Source: Lentisphaeria bacterium (GTDB lineage Bacteria > Verrucomicrobiota > Lentisphaeria > JABSQK01 > JAWLHB01). From it: DNA of 64,000 bases. The position numbers and the translations under genes were made by a program. Location: contig JAWLHB010000007.1 in the NCBI GenBank assembly GCA_041690595.1, forward strand, positions 62,001-126,000, in the 5' to 3' direction. Shown in pieces: positions 46,594 through 55,583 of the stretch. The notes beneath the pieces were generated by a model that saw only the letters and a program-made list of their open reading frames with translations, did not search any database and was not told the DNA's origin. Each line of letters starts with the position of its first letter. Position 1 is the stretch's first letter.

Positions 46594-49500
46594 ATGCGGA
46601 AGTCTCCAGCAGCGGGATGGATTGTTGGCATCGCTATGGGAATCGTGCTGGCGGTGGCCAGCGCCCAGGAACGCCAGGCGGGACCGGTGGTCGGTTTCCT
46701 GATGGGCGATGCGCGGGGGCACCAGAGCGAATTCATCCGGGGCGCAAGGAGCCACGGTTCCGCCGGAACCTACGGTACCCGCGTCCTCGCCCCAGCCGGG
46801 TTCCGCTTCGCTCTGGGCGAGAAAAACCATTTCTTCGAGGCGCAGCGCGACTTGGCCGAACAGACCACGTACCAGACCCTGCAACAGTTCAACGTCATGG
46901 TGTTGGCGGCTCATTGGAGCCCAACCGGATTGACCGAGCGGGTAGTTGCCAACGCCCACGCCGCCGGACGCGCGGTTGAACGCTACGTCCGTGAGGGCGG
47001 CAGCATCATGATCCTCGTTTATGACGACGGGTATCCGAACTCGCTGGTGATCGAGTACAACAACTTGTTGTACAAATCCTTTGGTCTAGAAATATTGCGC
47101 GAGGCTGTCTGGGATGCCGAGCGCCAATTCGCGGCGCCTGTTTTCCAGGGGGGAGCGCCGGAGGACTTCTTTCATACCGAGAATATCCAGGCCGATCACC
47201 CGGTCGGCAAGGGGGTCGAACGGCTGGCCTTGGCCCGCCGCTTCTATGGTCCAGGCGTCTTTGCCCTGCGCCTCTCCCCGGAATGGGAGGTGATTGTGCG
47301 GGGCGAGGAGAGCGCCCGCAGCCATCCGGCCTCGAATTTTCGTGACCGTTACGATGTCGACTATGAGGTGGTGGGCACCTATTCGAGTTCGCCGCCTATC
47401 GCGGCGGTGCGCGAGTACGGCAAGGGGCGCATCATGGTCTACAGCATCTCGCCCGTGCATACCTATCTGAATTACGGCACCCCCGGCTGGCAGATGATCA
47501 CGGAGGAAACCGGGTTCGCTGAAAACGACTTGCCCAGCCACGGGAATCGCTTCTTTCTGAATGGGATCCGCTGGCTCGCCGAGACCGCAAAAGATGTCGC
47601 GGGCATCGGCACCTTCCCCTTTGAGGATTTCGTCCATGAACCGGTGACCTTTCCTGCGGCGGTTGCCTGGGATGACCAGCCCGGCATCGGCTTCAGCCCG
47701 CCTTTCGGCGAAGGTGTACGCGGGGTCGTCGGCGCTCGCACCGCCTTGAGCAACGGCAGCGGCACGGTGAAAGACTATGCCGAGGCCGCCCAGGCTGCCG
47801 GACTCTCCTTCATCGTCTTCACCGAAGCGCTCGAACACTTGTCTCAAGACGGGCTCGCCCAGTTGAAAGATGAATGCCGCGGCGTCTCGACCGACACCTT
47901 CTACGCCGTCCCGGGCGTCGAGTTCGCGGACCATCTGGGCAACCGCTGGGCTACCTGGTCGGATCGGATCAGCTATCCGCCGGAAACGATCAAAGTTGGC
48001 AACCGTGACAACGTCAGCCAATGGGATGGCACGCAGATTCATCAACTGGGCCATTACCTGGGGCAGGACGAACGGCCGCCGGCGGCCTTGCTGACCTACA
48101 GCCACCTGCGCCAGCGGGGCGGCCACCCCCACAACATGTGGTGGTTTTTCCGTGTCGCGCCGATGGTGTTTGACCGGGACGAGCTGGTGGAAGACAACCG
48201 CGAGGAACTCTTCTATGCCTTACGCGACCTCAAACGCGTCGAACCGATTTCCTACACCCGGATGACCTCGCCGAAAGACGTGCCCCTTGCCGCCAACACC
48301 ATGGTCACCGTCGCCCGCGACATGGAGAGGTTGCGCGCCTGGATGAACAGCGTTAACAGTCCCATGAACATGCCGGCCGCCGTGCCCTACGTCTCCTCCC
48401 GAGGCGGCTCGGTGCGCCTCGAACAATGGGCGTCCATCAACAACCAGATGCGCTACCATCACCAGAAAGTCCAAGGGGTGCAGCGCGTGCGGCTGCGCTT
48501 CCAGGTCAGCTCCGAGAACGGCATCCGCGAAGTGAGGGTGAGAGATGCCAGCCTGGGCGTGGTCCGGCGCTTCGTCGGCAACGGCCAGAAAGAACTGGCG
48601 CAGGAGTTCGAGATGGTTCACGACCGGGATTATTATCTCGTCCTCGAAGTCGAGGATGAAGCCGGGGCCTTTGCCTTGTCCTCGGCGATTTATCTGTGGT
48701 GTTACAAGGCCAGCGTTTTTCGGTGCGCCGATAATCATAACCTCCTCAATGGCCGGGGATTGGTCTGGCATTCCTGCTGGGACCAGATGCTTACCTTCGC
48801 TCCCGGAGGCGGTTCCCTGAACAACGCCTGGATGGGAGAAGCGGTTGCAGGGTACGACAGTTCGGCTCCATGGCGCCAGATGTCCAGTTTCAGTCTCACT
48901 CACAGTCTACCCGGAGGCTTGACGGTCAATACCCGGGAACGGCCCGGGTATCCGTCCGTCTACACGTATGGCGCCATGCAGCGCATGGTCATGGATATTC
49001 CCCTTCCCGGTCGGGATCCGATCGTCATCGAAATGGATATCGGCGACCTGGTGGAACGGCATGGCACCGATGAACGCCCCCATCCCGTCTATGCCGGCCT
49101 GCCCGTAAAGGTGGCGGAGAATGAACTCTTCCACCGCGTCCACCGGGCATATTACTTCCAGAATCGTACCGACATGTTCATCGTCTGGGATCACCGCCGC
49201 GCCGCGGAAGGCACCGCGCCCTGCCGCGGCGATGTCGTTTGGCATGAAGGTGAGATCACCTTCAAGGAAGATGCCGAGCTGGCCGGCGCCATTCCCATTC
49301 CGCTGGCGGCAACCAGACCCATTGGCGGCGCCGCCGCCACTCATCTGCTGGCCGTTCACCCGGAGGGACTCACCGCGACCCCGTTGACCGGCGGCGACTA
49401 CAACAAGACCTTGCCCCTGGCTCCCGGCGGCTACATCACCGCCGTCCCGAATAATCTGTATGCCGCTTTTTACGCGCCCTCCGACAGCCACATCTTCTAT

Positions 49501-50190
49501 CGTATCACCCCCAACGCCCAGGGCGAACCGTCGCAACTGGTCATCGGCATGGGCGAACCCGGACAGAAAGTGTCCGCCGGGCAGACGATTCGTTACCGGT
49601 TCGCGGTCGTGACTACCGGCGAACCCGGACCGCTGGCCAACCTTTCCGAGTATGTGAAACAGCTGAACGATATGGGTGAAAGCCTCGGTCTGGATGGCCG
49701 CGCTGGCGTGAACGCCCAGGTCAAGGTCGGCAAGACCAGCGACCGGGAGATGTTCTTTACGATCGAGGCCGAAAACCACGAAGTACTGCTGGACTTCGAG
49801 CCGCGCCAGATCGTCATTGCGTTGCCGTTTCGCATTCGCGGGTTGCGGCCCAACGGCGCGGCCGCCGTCTGGAGCAGTGCCCGCCCTTGGTTCAGATTCG
49901 TGGGTATGCACGCCGCCGACGCCCTTTTCCAGGAAGACATCGACCATGGCGGCACGATTTGGGCCGGCAACGTCTTTGTCTGCGACCATGACGCCGTTGC
50001 CGTCACGCTTGTCGCGGCCGGCCGGACGGAGGGACGGCCCCCCTTTGTGGAACTGCACAATCCCACGGACCAGCCCGTCACCGCCCGGGTATGGTCGCCG
50101 GAAAACACACCGCGCTTCGGCGGCACCTCCTTTACCCTGCTGATTCCGGCCGGCGCCAGCGTCCGCCACGAACTGCCCGACGCCAAGTAG
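46594..50190 (+). CDS. Large secreted hypothetical protein (GATase-like domain, PHP-like domain, beta-rich C-terminus)
   Basis: Signal peptide ending ASA-Q; YVREGGS and AVREYGKGRIMV segments; PHP-like RGVVGARTALSNG..AA..AGLSFIVFTE, VPGVEF; GGAG before ATG 46594. Confidence 0.75.
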   Translation: MRKSPAAGWIVGIAMGIVLAVASAQERQAGPVVGFLMGDARGHQSEFIRGARSHGSAGTYGTRVLAPAGFRFALGEKNHFFEAQRDLAEQTTYQTLQQFNVMVLAAHWSPTGLTERVVANAHAAGRAVERYVREGGSIMILVYDDGYPNSLVIEYNNLLYKSFGLEILREAVWDAERQFAAPVFQGGAPEDFFHTENIQADHPVGKGVERLALARRFYGPGVFALRLSPEWEVIVRGEESARSHPASNFRDRYDVDYEVVGTYSSSPPIAAVREYGKGRIMVYSISPVHTYLNYGTPGWQMITEETGFAENDLPSHGNRFFLNGIRWLAETAKDVAGIGTFPFEDFVHEPVTFPAAVAWDDQPGIGFSPPFGEGVRGVVGARTALSNGSGTVKDYAEAAQAAGLSFIVFTEALEHLSQDGLAQLKDECRGVSTDTFYAVPGVEFADHLGNRWATWSDRISYPPETIKVGNRDNVSQWDGTQIHQLGHYLGQDERPPAALLTYSHLRQRGGHPHNMWWFFRVAPMVFDRDELVEDNREELFYALRDLKRVEPISYTRMTSPKDVPLAANTMVTVARDMERLRAWMNSVNSPMNMPAAVPYVSSRGGSVRLEQWASINNQMRYHHQKVQGVQRVRLRFQVSSENGIREVRVRDASLGVVRRFVGNGQKELAQEFEMVHDRDYYLVLEVEDEAGAFALSSAIYLWCYKASVFRCADNHNLLNGRGLVWHSCWDQMLTFAPGGGSLNNAWMGEAVAGYDSSAPWRQMSSFSLTHSLPGGLTVNTRERPGYPSVYTYGAMQRMVMDIPLPGRDPIVIEMDIGDLVERHGTDERPHPVYAGLPVKVAENELFHRVHRAYYFQNRTDMFIVWDHRRAAEGTAPCRGDVVWHEGEITFKEDAELAGAIPIPLAATRPIGGAAATHLLAVHPEGLTATPLTGGDYNKTLPLAPGGYITAVPNNLYAAFYAPSDSHIFYRITPNAQGEPSQLVIGMGEPGQKVSAGQTIRYRFAVVTTGEPGPLANLSEYVKQLNDMGESLGLDGRAGVNAQVKVGKTSDREMFFTIEAENHEVLLDFEPRQIVIALPFRIRGLRPNGAAAVWSSARPWFRFVGMHAADALFQEDIDHGGTIWAGNVFVCDHDAVAVTLVAAGRTEGRPPFVELHNPTDQPVTARVWSPENTPRFGGTSFTLLIPAGASVRHELPDAK

Positions 50191-50201
50191 AAGGACCGCC
50201 C

Positions 50202-51044
50202 TCACCGCTTCGCGAAGAGCCTGGCAATCGGCAGGGCGAGGGCGAGGATCACGACGGTCAATGGGCCGGGCGGAAGATCCAGATAATGAGCGATGATGAA
50301 ACCGACCACCGCACCCGTCAGCGCGATGATCGGCCCAACCAGCAGCATGCCGTGCATGGTCCGGCAAAGGGATTTCGCCGCCAGACCCGGCAGCACCAGG
50401 CAGCCGAAGGTGTAGAGCATTCCCGTCGACCTCAGGCAGAAACCCGCAACGAGGCCAAGCACGACCGCGCAACCCGTCTCCCAGCGCAGGACCCGCATCC
50501 CCACGGCCCGAGCCATCGCCGGATCCGTCAGCAGCAGGATCAGCGGCGCCCGCAGGATCGCCCCGGTAAGCGCCAGCACCGCCCCGGCGACAAGCACAAT
50601 GACCATGTCGGTGCTGGTGGCGCCGATGATGCTCGAAGCAATCCGCTCGTCGATCTGCCGCATCCCTACGGGCGAATGGGCCAGCAGTACGATGGTGAGA
50701 CCGGTAGCGAAGAGAAAGATCCAGCCGGTCAGCCCTTCGGGCGTCTGGCGTTGGTCCCGCCGGGGCATGGTCGCCAGCGTCGTGAGGACGCCGAAGAGCA
50801 TCGTCAGCCCCGTCGCCAGATGCGGGCTCTGCACCCACTGGGCATGTTGCAGCAATGGCAGGTAGCCCAACCAGAGGGCGATACCCATCCCCAGCAGCGA
50901 GGCCTGGGTGATGGCTGCGCCCACAAAAATCTGATCCCGCGCCACAACCACGATGCCCACCATCGCCAGCAACGTCGCCGCGGCCCACGCCGTGACATAG
51001 GTCGTCCCGAAAAGCTCCCAAGTGGCAAAGAAGGAATCATTCAT
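50202..51044 (-). CDS. Metal ABC transporter permease (ABC-3 family)
   Basis: Multi-TM; TDPAMARAVG, GMLYTFGCLVLP, LDLPPGP. Confidence 0.88.
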   Translation of the reverse strand: MNDSFFATWELFGTTYVTAWAAATLLAMVGIVVVARDQIFVGAAITQASLLGMGIALWLGYLPLLQHAQWVQSPHLATGLTMLFGVLTTLATMPRRDQRQTPEGLTGWIFLFATGLTIVLLAHSPVGMRQIDERIASSIIGATSTDMVIVLVAGAVLALTGAILRAPLILLLTDPAMARAVGMRVLRWETGCAVVLGLVAGFCLRSTGMLYTFGCLVLPGLAAKSLCRTMHGMLLVGPIIALTGAVVGFIIAHYLDLPPGPLTVVILALALPIARLFAKR

Positions 51045-51778
51045 GCGCCATCCTCCACGGCCAGGATGGAGAGGCTCCCGGGGGTGACACCAAAGGCAGC
51101 GCCCAGTCGTCGCCGCGTCAGCATCTCCGCCGCGGTGCCCGTCTCCAGACGTCCCGGCTGAAAGAGCGCCACATGCGTGGCATGGCGCAGGGCCAGCGAG
51201 AGATCGTGCGTCACCAGCACGATCGCCGGCGTAAGCTCGCGATACAAGCCGTCGATGCAGGTGAGCAGCGCCTCCTCCGCCGCCAGATCCAGCCCCGTCG
51301 TCGGCTCGTCGAGAATCAGCAGGGCAGGGCGCCGCACCAGTGCCCGCGCGATCAATGCCCGTTGCCGCTGGCCCCCCGACAGGTGCCAGAAGCTTTCTTG
51401 CGCGTGTTCACCCAACGCCACCGTCGCCAGCGCCGCCGCCAGTCGCTCCCGCCACTCGCCACGTGTCAGCCGCAGGTTGACCATACCCAGGCCGACCAGC
51501 TCCGCGACCGTCATCGGCAGCGACGGGTGAAGGCGCGAGCTCTGCGGGACGAAGCCGATGTCCTGCCGCGGATTGAAGTCCTCCCCATGCCGCACCCGTC
51601 CCGCCAAGGGGGAACTGCCGATGAGTGCATGCACCAGCGTCGTCTTGCCTCGGCCGTTGGGACCGAGCAGCACCCAGTAGTCACCGCGCCGGATCAGCAG
51701 ATCGACCCCGGCCACCACCGTCTTGCGGCGATAGCCGAGGTCGACCGACTCGAGGCTGATGAGCGGCTGATCCCTCAC
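51041..51778 (-). CDS. Metal ABC transporter ATP-binding protein
   Basis: GPNGRGKTT, GFVPQ, LSGGQRQR, LILDEP, VTHDL; GTG 51778 overlaps the SBP stop. Confidence 0.92.
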   Translation of the reverse strand: MRDQPLISLESVDLGYRRKTVVAGVDLLIRRGDYWVLLGPNGRGKTTLVHALIGSSPLAGRVRHGEDFNPRQDIGFVPQSSRLHPSLPMTVAELVGLGMVNLRLTRGEWRERLAAALATVALGEHAQESFWHLSGGQRQRALIARALVRRPALLILDEPTTGLDLAAEEALLTCIDGLYRELTPAIVLVTHDLSLALRHATHVALFQPGRLETGTAAEMLTRRRLGAAFGVTPGSLSILAVEDGA

Positions 51779-52785
51779 TTGCCAATAGCTCCAAGGAGTG
51801 TGTCGATGTTGTAGCCGATCATGGCAATGTAGCTGTCGATGCCTTCCCGGCAGCCCACCTGGTGACACATCGGCAGGCTCCTGGCAGAGCTTTCCCGTGC
51901 GACAAAATCGGCATGCCGGCTGGGAAAGTAGGTGGCAGTGAGGATCACCGGCACCTGCCGCTTCTCGATCACCTGGATGACCTCCCGCAGGTGACGCGCC
52001 GTCGGGCTGATCCCCGGCTTGGGTTCGAGGTGTTCCGCGATCTCCAGGCCGAAGCGGTTGGCGAAATAGAGCCACATGCCATGATCCACGACCACTGCCT
52101 GCCCCTCCAGCGCCTGCATCCGGCGCATCCAGCCACCCAGCTTCTCGCTCTCTCCCGATTTCTCCAGGAAGAGCGACAGATTGCCGGCCACGGCGGCCCG
52201 GGCCAGTTGCACCGGGTCGTACGCGTCGGCCAGCGCATTGCCGAAAATGGCCCCGCCCAGCCGTTGCCGATAGGCCAGCCAGTTGCGTTCGAAATCACCC
52301 TTTGCCGCCGGGCGCAGCTCCGCCAGCTTGAGGTAGATCGCTTCCGCCGCCAGCAGTCCGCTCACCGGATCCAGCAGGTAATGCGGATTGCCCAACGCAT
52401 GCACATGGCCAGCCGAGCGATCCGTGTCACCGGGCGCGTCATGCAGCACCTGTATTGCCCGCGAGGCATCCAGGTACCCCGGTGCCCCCGGTTGAATGTG
52501 GCGGTTGCGGCACTGCCGAAGCAGCACCGGCGCCCAGCCGGACTCCAACTCCAGGCCGATCTCCACATAGAGATCTGCCCCGTTCAGCGCCCGGACAAAA
52601 CTCGGGCGTGCCTGCAGGTAGTGTGGATCCTCACTGCCTTTGACGAAGGTGGTCACCTCGACGTGATCTCCTCCGATCGTCCGCACGAAATCAGCCAGAT
52701 CGGGTACCGTGGCGCAGACCTTCAACGGCGCCGCCCCGACACCCGATACCAGCACCATCATCATCGCAAGTAGCATGTAATTCAT
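51775..52785 (-). CDS. Metal ABC transporter substrate-binding protein (ZnuA/TroA-like)
   Basis: Signal peptide, EDPH, G.ELE.GW, HALGNPHY.LDP, EPKPGISPT..HL. Confidence 0.92.
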   Translation of the reverse strand: MNYMLLAMMMVLVSGVGAAPLKVCATVPDLADFVRTIGGDHVEVTTFVKGSEDPHYLQARPSFVRALNGADLYVEIGLELESGWAPVLLRQCRNRHIQPGAPGYLDASRAIQVLHDAPGDTDRSAGHVHALGNPHYLLDPVSGLLAAEAIYLKLAELRPAAKGDFERNWLAYRQRLGGAIFGNALADAYDPVQLARAAVAGNLSLFLEKSGESEKLGGWMRRMQALEGQAVVVDHGMWLYFANRFGLEIAEHLEPKPGISPTARHLREVIQVIEKRQVPVILTATYFPSRHADFVARESSARSLPMCHQVGCREGIDSYIAMIGYNIDTLLGAIGK

Positions 52786-52799
52786 GGTCGTTTCCTGGA

Positions 52800-54287
52800 T
52801 CAGTAACGATGTGCGGGATGACTGCCGAGGAGCACTTCCAGGCCAAGCCAGAGACTATGCGCATCCTTGTCGTGCAGGTGATCGGCATGGTCGTAGTTGT
52901 ACTGCAGCCTCAGCCGGGTGAACTCGGTCGGATGCCAGACCAGCAGCGGCGATACGCGGTGGCGATCCGCGCGGAAGGGATCCTCCGACCGCGGAACCCG
53001 CTCATCCTCTTCCGTGTTCTCGCCGCTACCCGATGCGTACTCGTACCGCAGGCCGGCCGACCAGTCGCGATTCACGTTGTAGAGAAGCTGCGTGTACATG
53101 CCCCAGTCGTGGAGGGTATCCGCCTCCAGGGGGCCGTGGTCGGTCTCCACGTCGTCGCCATGATAATCGCGTTGCATCAACTCCGTCTGCCAGGTGAGCA
53201 GGGGGCGCTGCCGGGTGTCGCCGGCGGGATGGTACTTGAGGACAAAGTCGGTGCCGGAGATCGTGGTGTAACCGCCATTTCCGGTGTTGTTGCCGCCATA
53301 GAGACCAGAGAGGCCGAACTGGGCGGAAAGATCCCTGGTGACGTCAACGGCATTGACCCAGCGGGCACTGTAAACGAGATCCTCGAGCGTGCGAATATCC
53401 CGATCCTCCACCGGCCAGCCGCCAATTCCTTCCTGGTGCTCGTCATCGCCCTCGTCATCATGCCCATGCGCCTGACCGCCGCCGAGGAAGCTGACCATGT
53501 ACTCCCCATTCGCGTTCTGCATGCCGAAGCCCAATTCGCTGTACCACGGCAGCGGCGTCAGCCAGTTCAGTTGCGCGCCGGCTCCACGCATCCCTTCGCC
53601 GCCGAACATCCGCGTCGCCACCACCGGCTGATCGATCCAGTCCCAGCTGTGCGGATGGGAGGGGTTGATCCGCCCGAAGTCCGTCAGATAATAACCAGCT
53701 TTGACCTGCAGCCCGAACGGCATCGAACTGGTGGTTGCGAAGGCCTCCTCCAATTCAGCGCCATGATCGCTGAAGATGATGTGTGCTTCCGCCCTGAAGT
53801 ACGGATCGATCGCCCCGGAGAGCGATAGCTCCAACTGCTGAAACGTGAAACCGCGACGTGGGTCATGCGCTCCGCCCTGCAGTTCTTCCAGGTGGTGCCC
53901 ATACTCGCTGGAGGTGCCGGCCGAGCTGTTGATGACCGCCGAGATATCCATCAGCCGTACCGTCGCCGTCTCGTTGAGTCGCATGCGCCAGATATCGCCA
54001 TCCGTCGACGACACCTTTTCCGGCGCTGTCGGTGCCGCCAACTGATCCAGAAGACGCTGACCTTCAGCGTCGGCAGCGGAATCAACTGGTGTCCCGCCTC
54101 GCATGGACTTGAGCTGGCTCTCCAGCTGATCGATGCGCGCGTCGCGGGCGCCGATCTCGTCCTGCAGCGTCTTGAGTGACGCCTCGAGCTGTTGCAATCG
54201 CCATTTCAGTGTTTGATCCTGCGCTGTAGCAAGACTGCTGGTCATGAGAACAAGAAGAGAACAGAAAAAAATGAAGTGAAATCTCAC
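52800..54287 (-). CDS. Outer membrane beta-barrel, putative zinc-uptake porin/receptor
   Basis: Signal peptide and coiled coil; ELSLSGAIDPYF, LEEAF, FGRINPSHPHSW, His-rich loop, EFTRLRLQYN, GSHPAHRY end; GTG 54287 after AAAGGA. Confidence 0.82.
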   Translation of the reverse strand: MRFHFIFFCSLLVLMTSSLATAQDQTLKWRLQQLEASLKTLQDEIGARDARIDQLESQLKSMRGGTPVDSAADAEGQRLLDQLAAPTAPEKVSSTDGDIWRMRLNETATVRLMDISAVINSSAGTSSEYGHHLEELQGGAHDPRRGFTFQQLELSLSGAIDPYFRAEAHIIFSDHGAELEEAFATTSSMPFGLQVKAGYYLTDFGRINPSHPHSWDWIDQPVVATRMFGGEGMRGAGAQLNWLTPLPWYSELGFGMQNANGEYMVSFLGGGQAHGHDDEGDDEHQEGIGGWPVEDRDIRTLEDLVYSARWVNAVDVTRDLSAQFGLSGLYGGNNTGNGGYTTISGTDFVLKYHPAGDTRQRPLLTWQTELMQRDYHGDDVETDHGPLEADTLHDWGMYTQLLYNVNRDWSAGLRYEYASGSGENTEEDERVPRSEDPFRADRHRVSPLLVWHPTEFTRLRLQYNYDHADHLHDKDAHSLWLGLEVLLGSHPAHRY

Positions 54288-54407
54288 GCGTTGCGTTCCT
54301 TTCGCTGATTTGAGCGTGATGCAGCCAGGGAGCAAAGGCTCCAGCCAGCCGGAAGGACCCCTCAGCCATGGAGAGGCTGCTGGGGCGGTAAACAGGATAG
54401 CCAGTTA

Positions 54408-54770
54408 TCAGGCCGAGGCTGGCGGAGCGCGAGCGCGGCAAGAGGAACCGGGGATCGCCGGCGAGGTGCAGGGCGTGAGATCGTCGCGTGGGCTCGCGAC
54501 CACAACGAAGACCAGCAGAAGAGGGCGTGGCGCCAGCGCCGATGCGTGCCACGTGCCGGCCCGGCAGAGTGGACATCCATGCCCGTCCCCAGCGCCATCG
54601 TGATGCCCGACGGGCGCAGTCAGCTCGACATCACGAGCAAACGTACCGGGCTCCGTCCCCGCAACCGGCGTGGCATGCAGGAAACCATGCCCCGCCAAAA
54701 AAGCAAGCAGGCCCACCGATAGCCAGCTGAGCAGCCTGTTTCGCGTCGTGATTCGTGGGGTGTCATGCAT
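54408..54770 (-). CDS. DUF2946/CruR-like leader protein (TM, His-CxxC, C-terminal RAPP)
   Basis: N-terminal hydrophobic segment, HHDGAGDGHGCPLC, ending SCRARAPPASA; start 54770 or 54785. Confidence 0.75.
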   Translation of the reverse strand: MHDTPRITTRNRLLSWLSVGLLAFLAGHGFLHATPVAGTEPGTFARDVELTAPVGHHDGAGDGHGCPLCRAGTWHASALAPRPLLLVFVVVASPRDDLTPCTSPAIPGSSCRARAPPASA

Positions 54771-54791
54771 TCCGGAGGGCCTCATCTTGTT

Positions 54792-54805
54792 GAGAATGCA
54801 TTATT
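54792..54805. promoter_or_regulatory. Putative Zur/Fur-type operator
   Basis: GAGAA-TGCA-TTATT, the same 5-4-5 geometry as 45714-45727, overlapping a minus-strand TTGCAG-N17-TAATAA promoter. Confidence 0.45.
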
Positions 54806-54853
54806 ATTACTACAGAACCACCCCACCTGCAAGCCCTCACCCCAGAAAAATAC

Positions 54854-55299
54854 ACCTCCGTCTGGGGTCACACCGACACTATCAACTTCGGCTCTTGCCT
54901 ACTGCAACCCGACGGGTGGACCATTTCCTGGCGTTTGCGGGCTTCTTGGCGACTCGAACGTATCGGATGGTCGCACTTCGTTGTCACAACTCAGCAGAGA
55001 GGTGCCGAAGAAGAGAGCCAAGATGACAAAGAGGATGACGAAGGTCCCCAGCATCACCAGCAGATTGCGCCCCGAGACCTCCGTCCGGGGTCACACCGAC
55101 ACTATCAACTTCGGCTCTTGCCTACTGCAACCCGACGGGTGGGCCATTTCCTGGCGTTTGCGGGCTTCTTGGCGACTCGAACGTATCGGATGGTCGCACT
55201 TCGTTGTCACAACTCAGCAGAGAGGTGCCGAAGAAGAGAGCCAAGATGACAAAGAGGATGACGAAGGTCCCCAGCATCACCAGCAGATTGCGCCCCGAG
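54854..55299. repeat. 223-bp tandem duplication
   Basis: 54854-55076 and 55077-55299 match, except for two substitutions seen by eye (tctgggg/tccgggg, gtggacc/gtgggcc). Confidence 0.95.
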
Positions 55300-55451
55300 T
55301 GGGCCTGTTTTGGCGGCGATTCGGCCAGATCCTCATGATCTCGGATCTCGACCGATTCATCCTCCTCGAAGGTGCCGTCATCGTTCGGTTGCTGGTTGGC
55401 GGGGTTGAGTTGTGAGTTGTACTCATCCTCGTTTGAAGGTCTCGTGGCCAT
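55122..55451 (-). CDS. Small hypothetical membrane protein
   Basis: Acidic N-terminus, single TM segment LLVMLGTFVILFVILALFFG, GGAG RBS. Confidence 0.7.
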   Translation of the reverse strand: MATRPSNEDEYNSQLNPANQQPNDDGTFEEDESVEIRDHEDLAESPPKQAHSGRNLLVMLGTFVILFVILALFFGTSLLSCDNEVRPSDTFESPRSPQTPGNGPPVGLQ

Positions 55452-55583
55452 CGTAAGTACTCCGGTTGGGTGAACGTTGATGCTTGAGTTACGTTACCAT
55501 CCCCGACGCGGGCGCTGCAAGCCACGCTTGACAGGAGACCTCCGGGGGAATATCTTTCCTGCTCTAAGCAGGAGCTCGCAACC

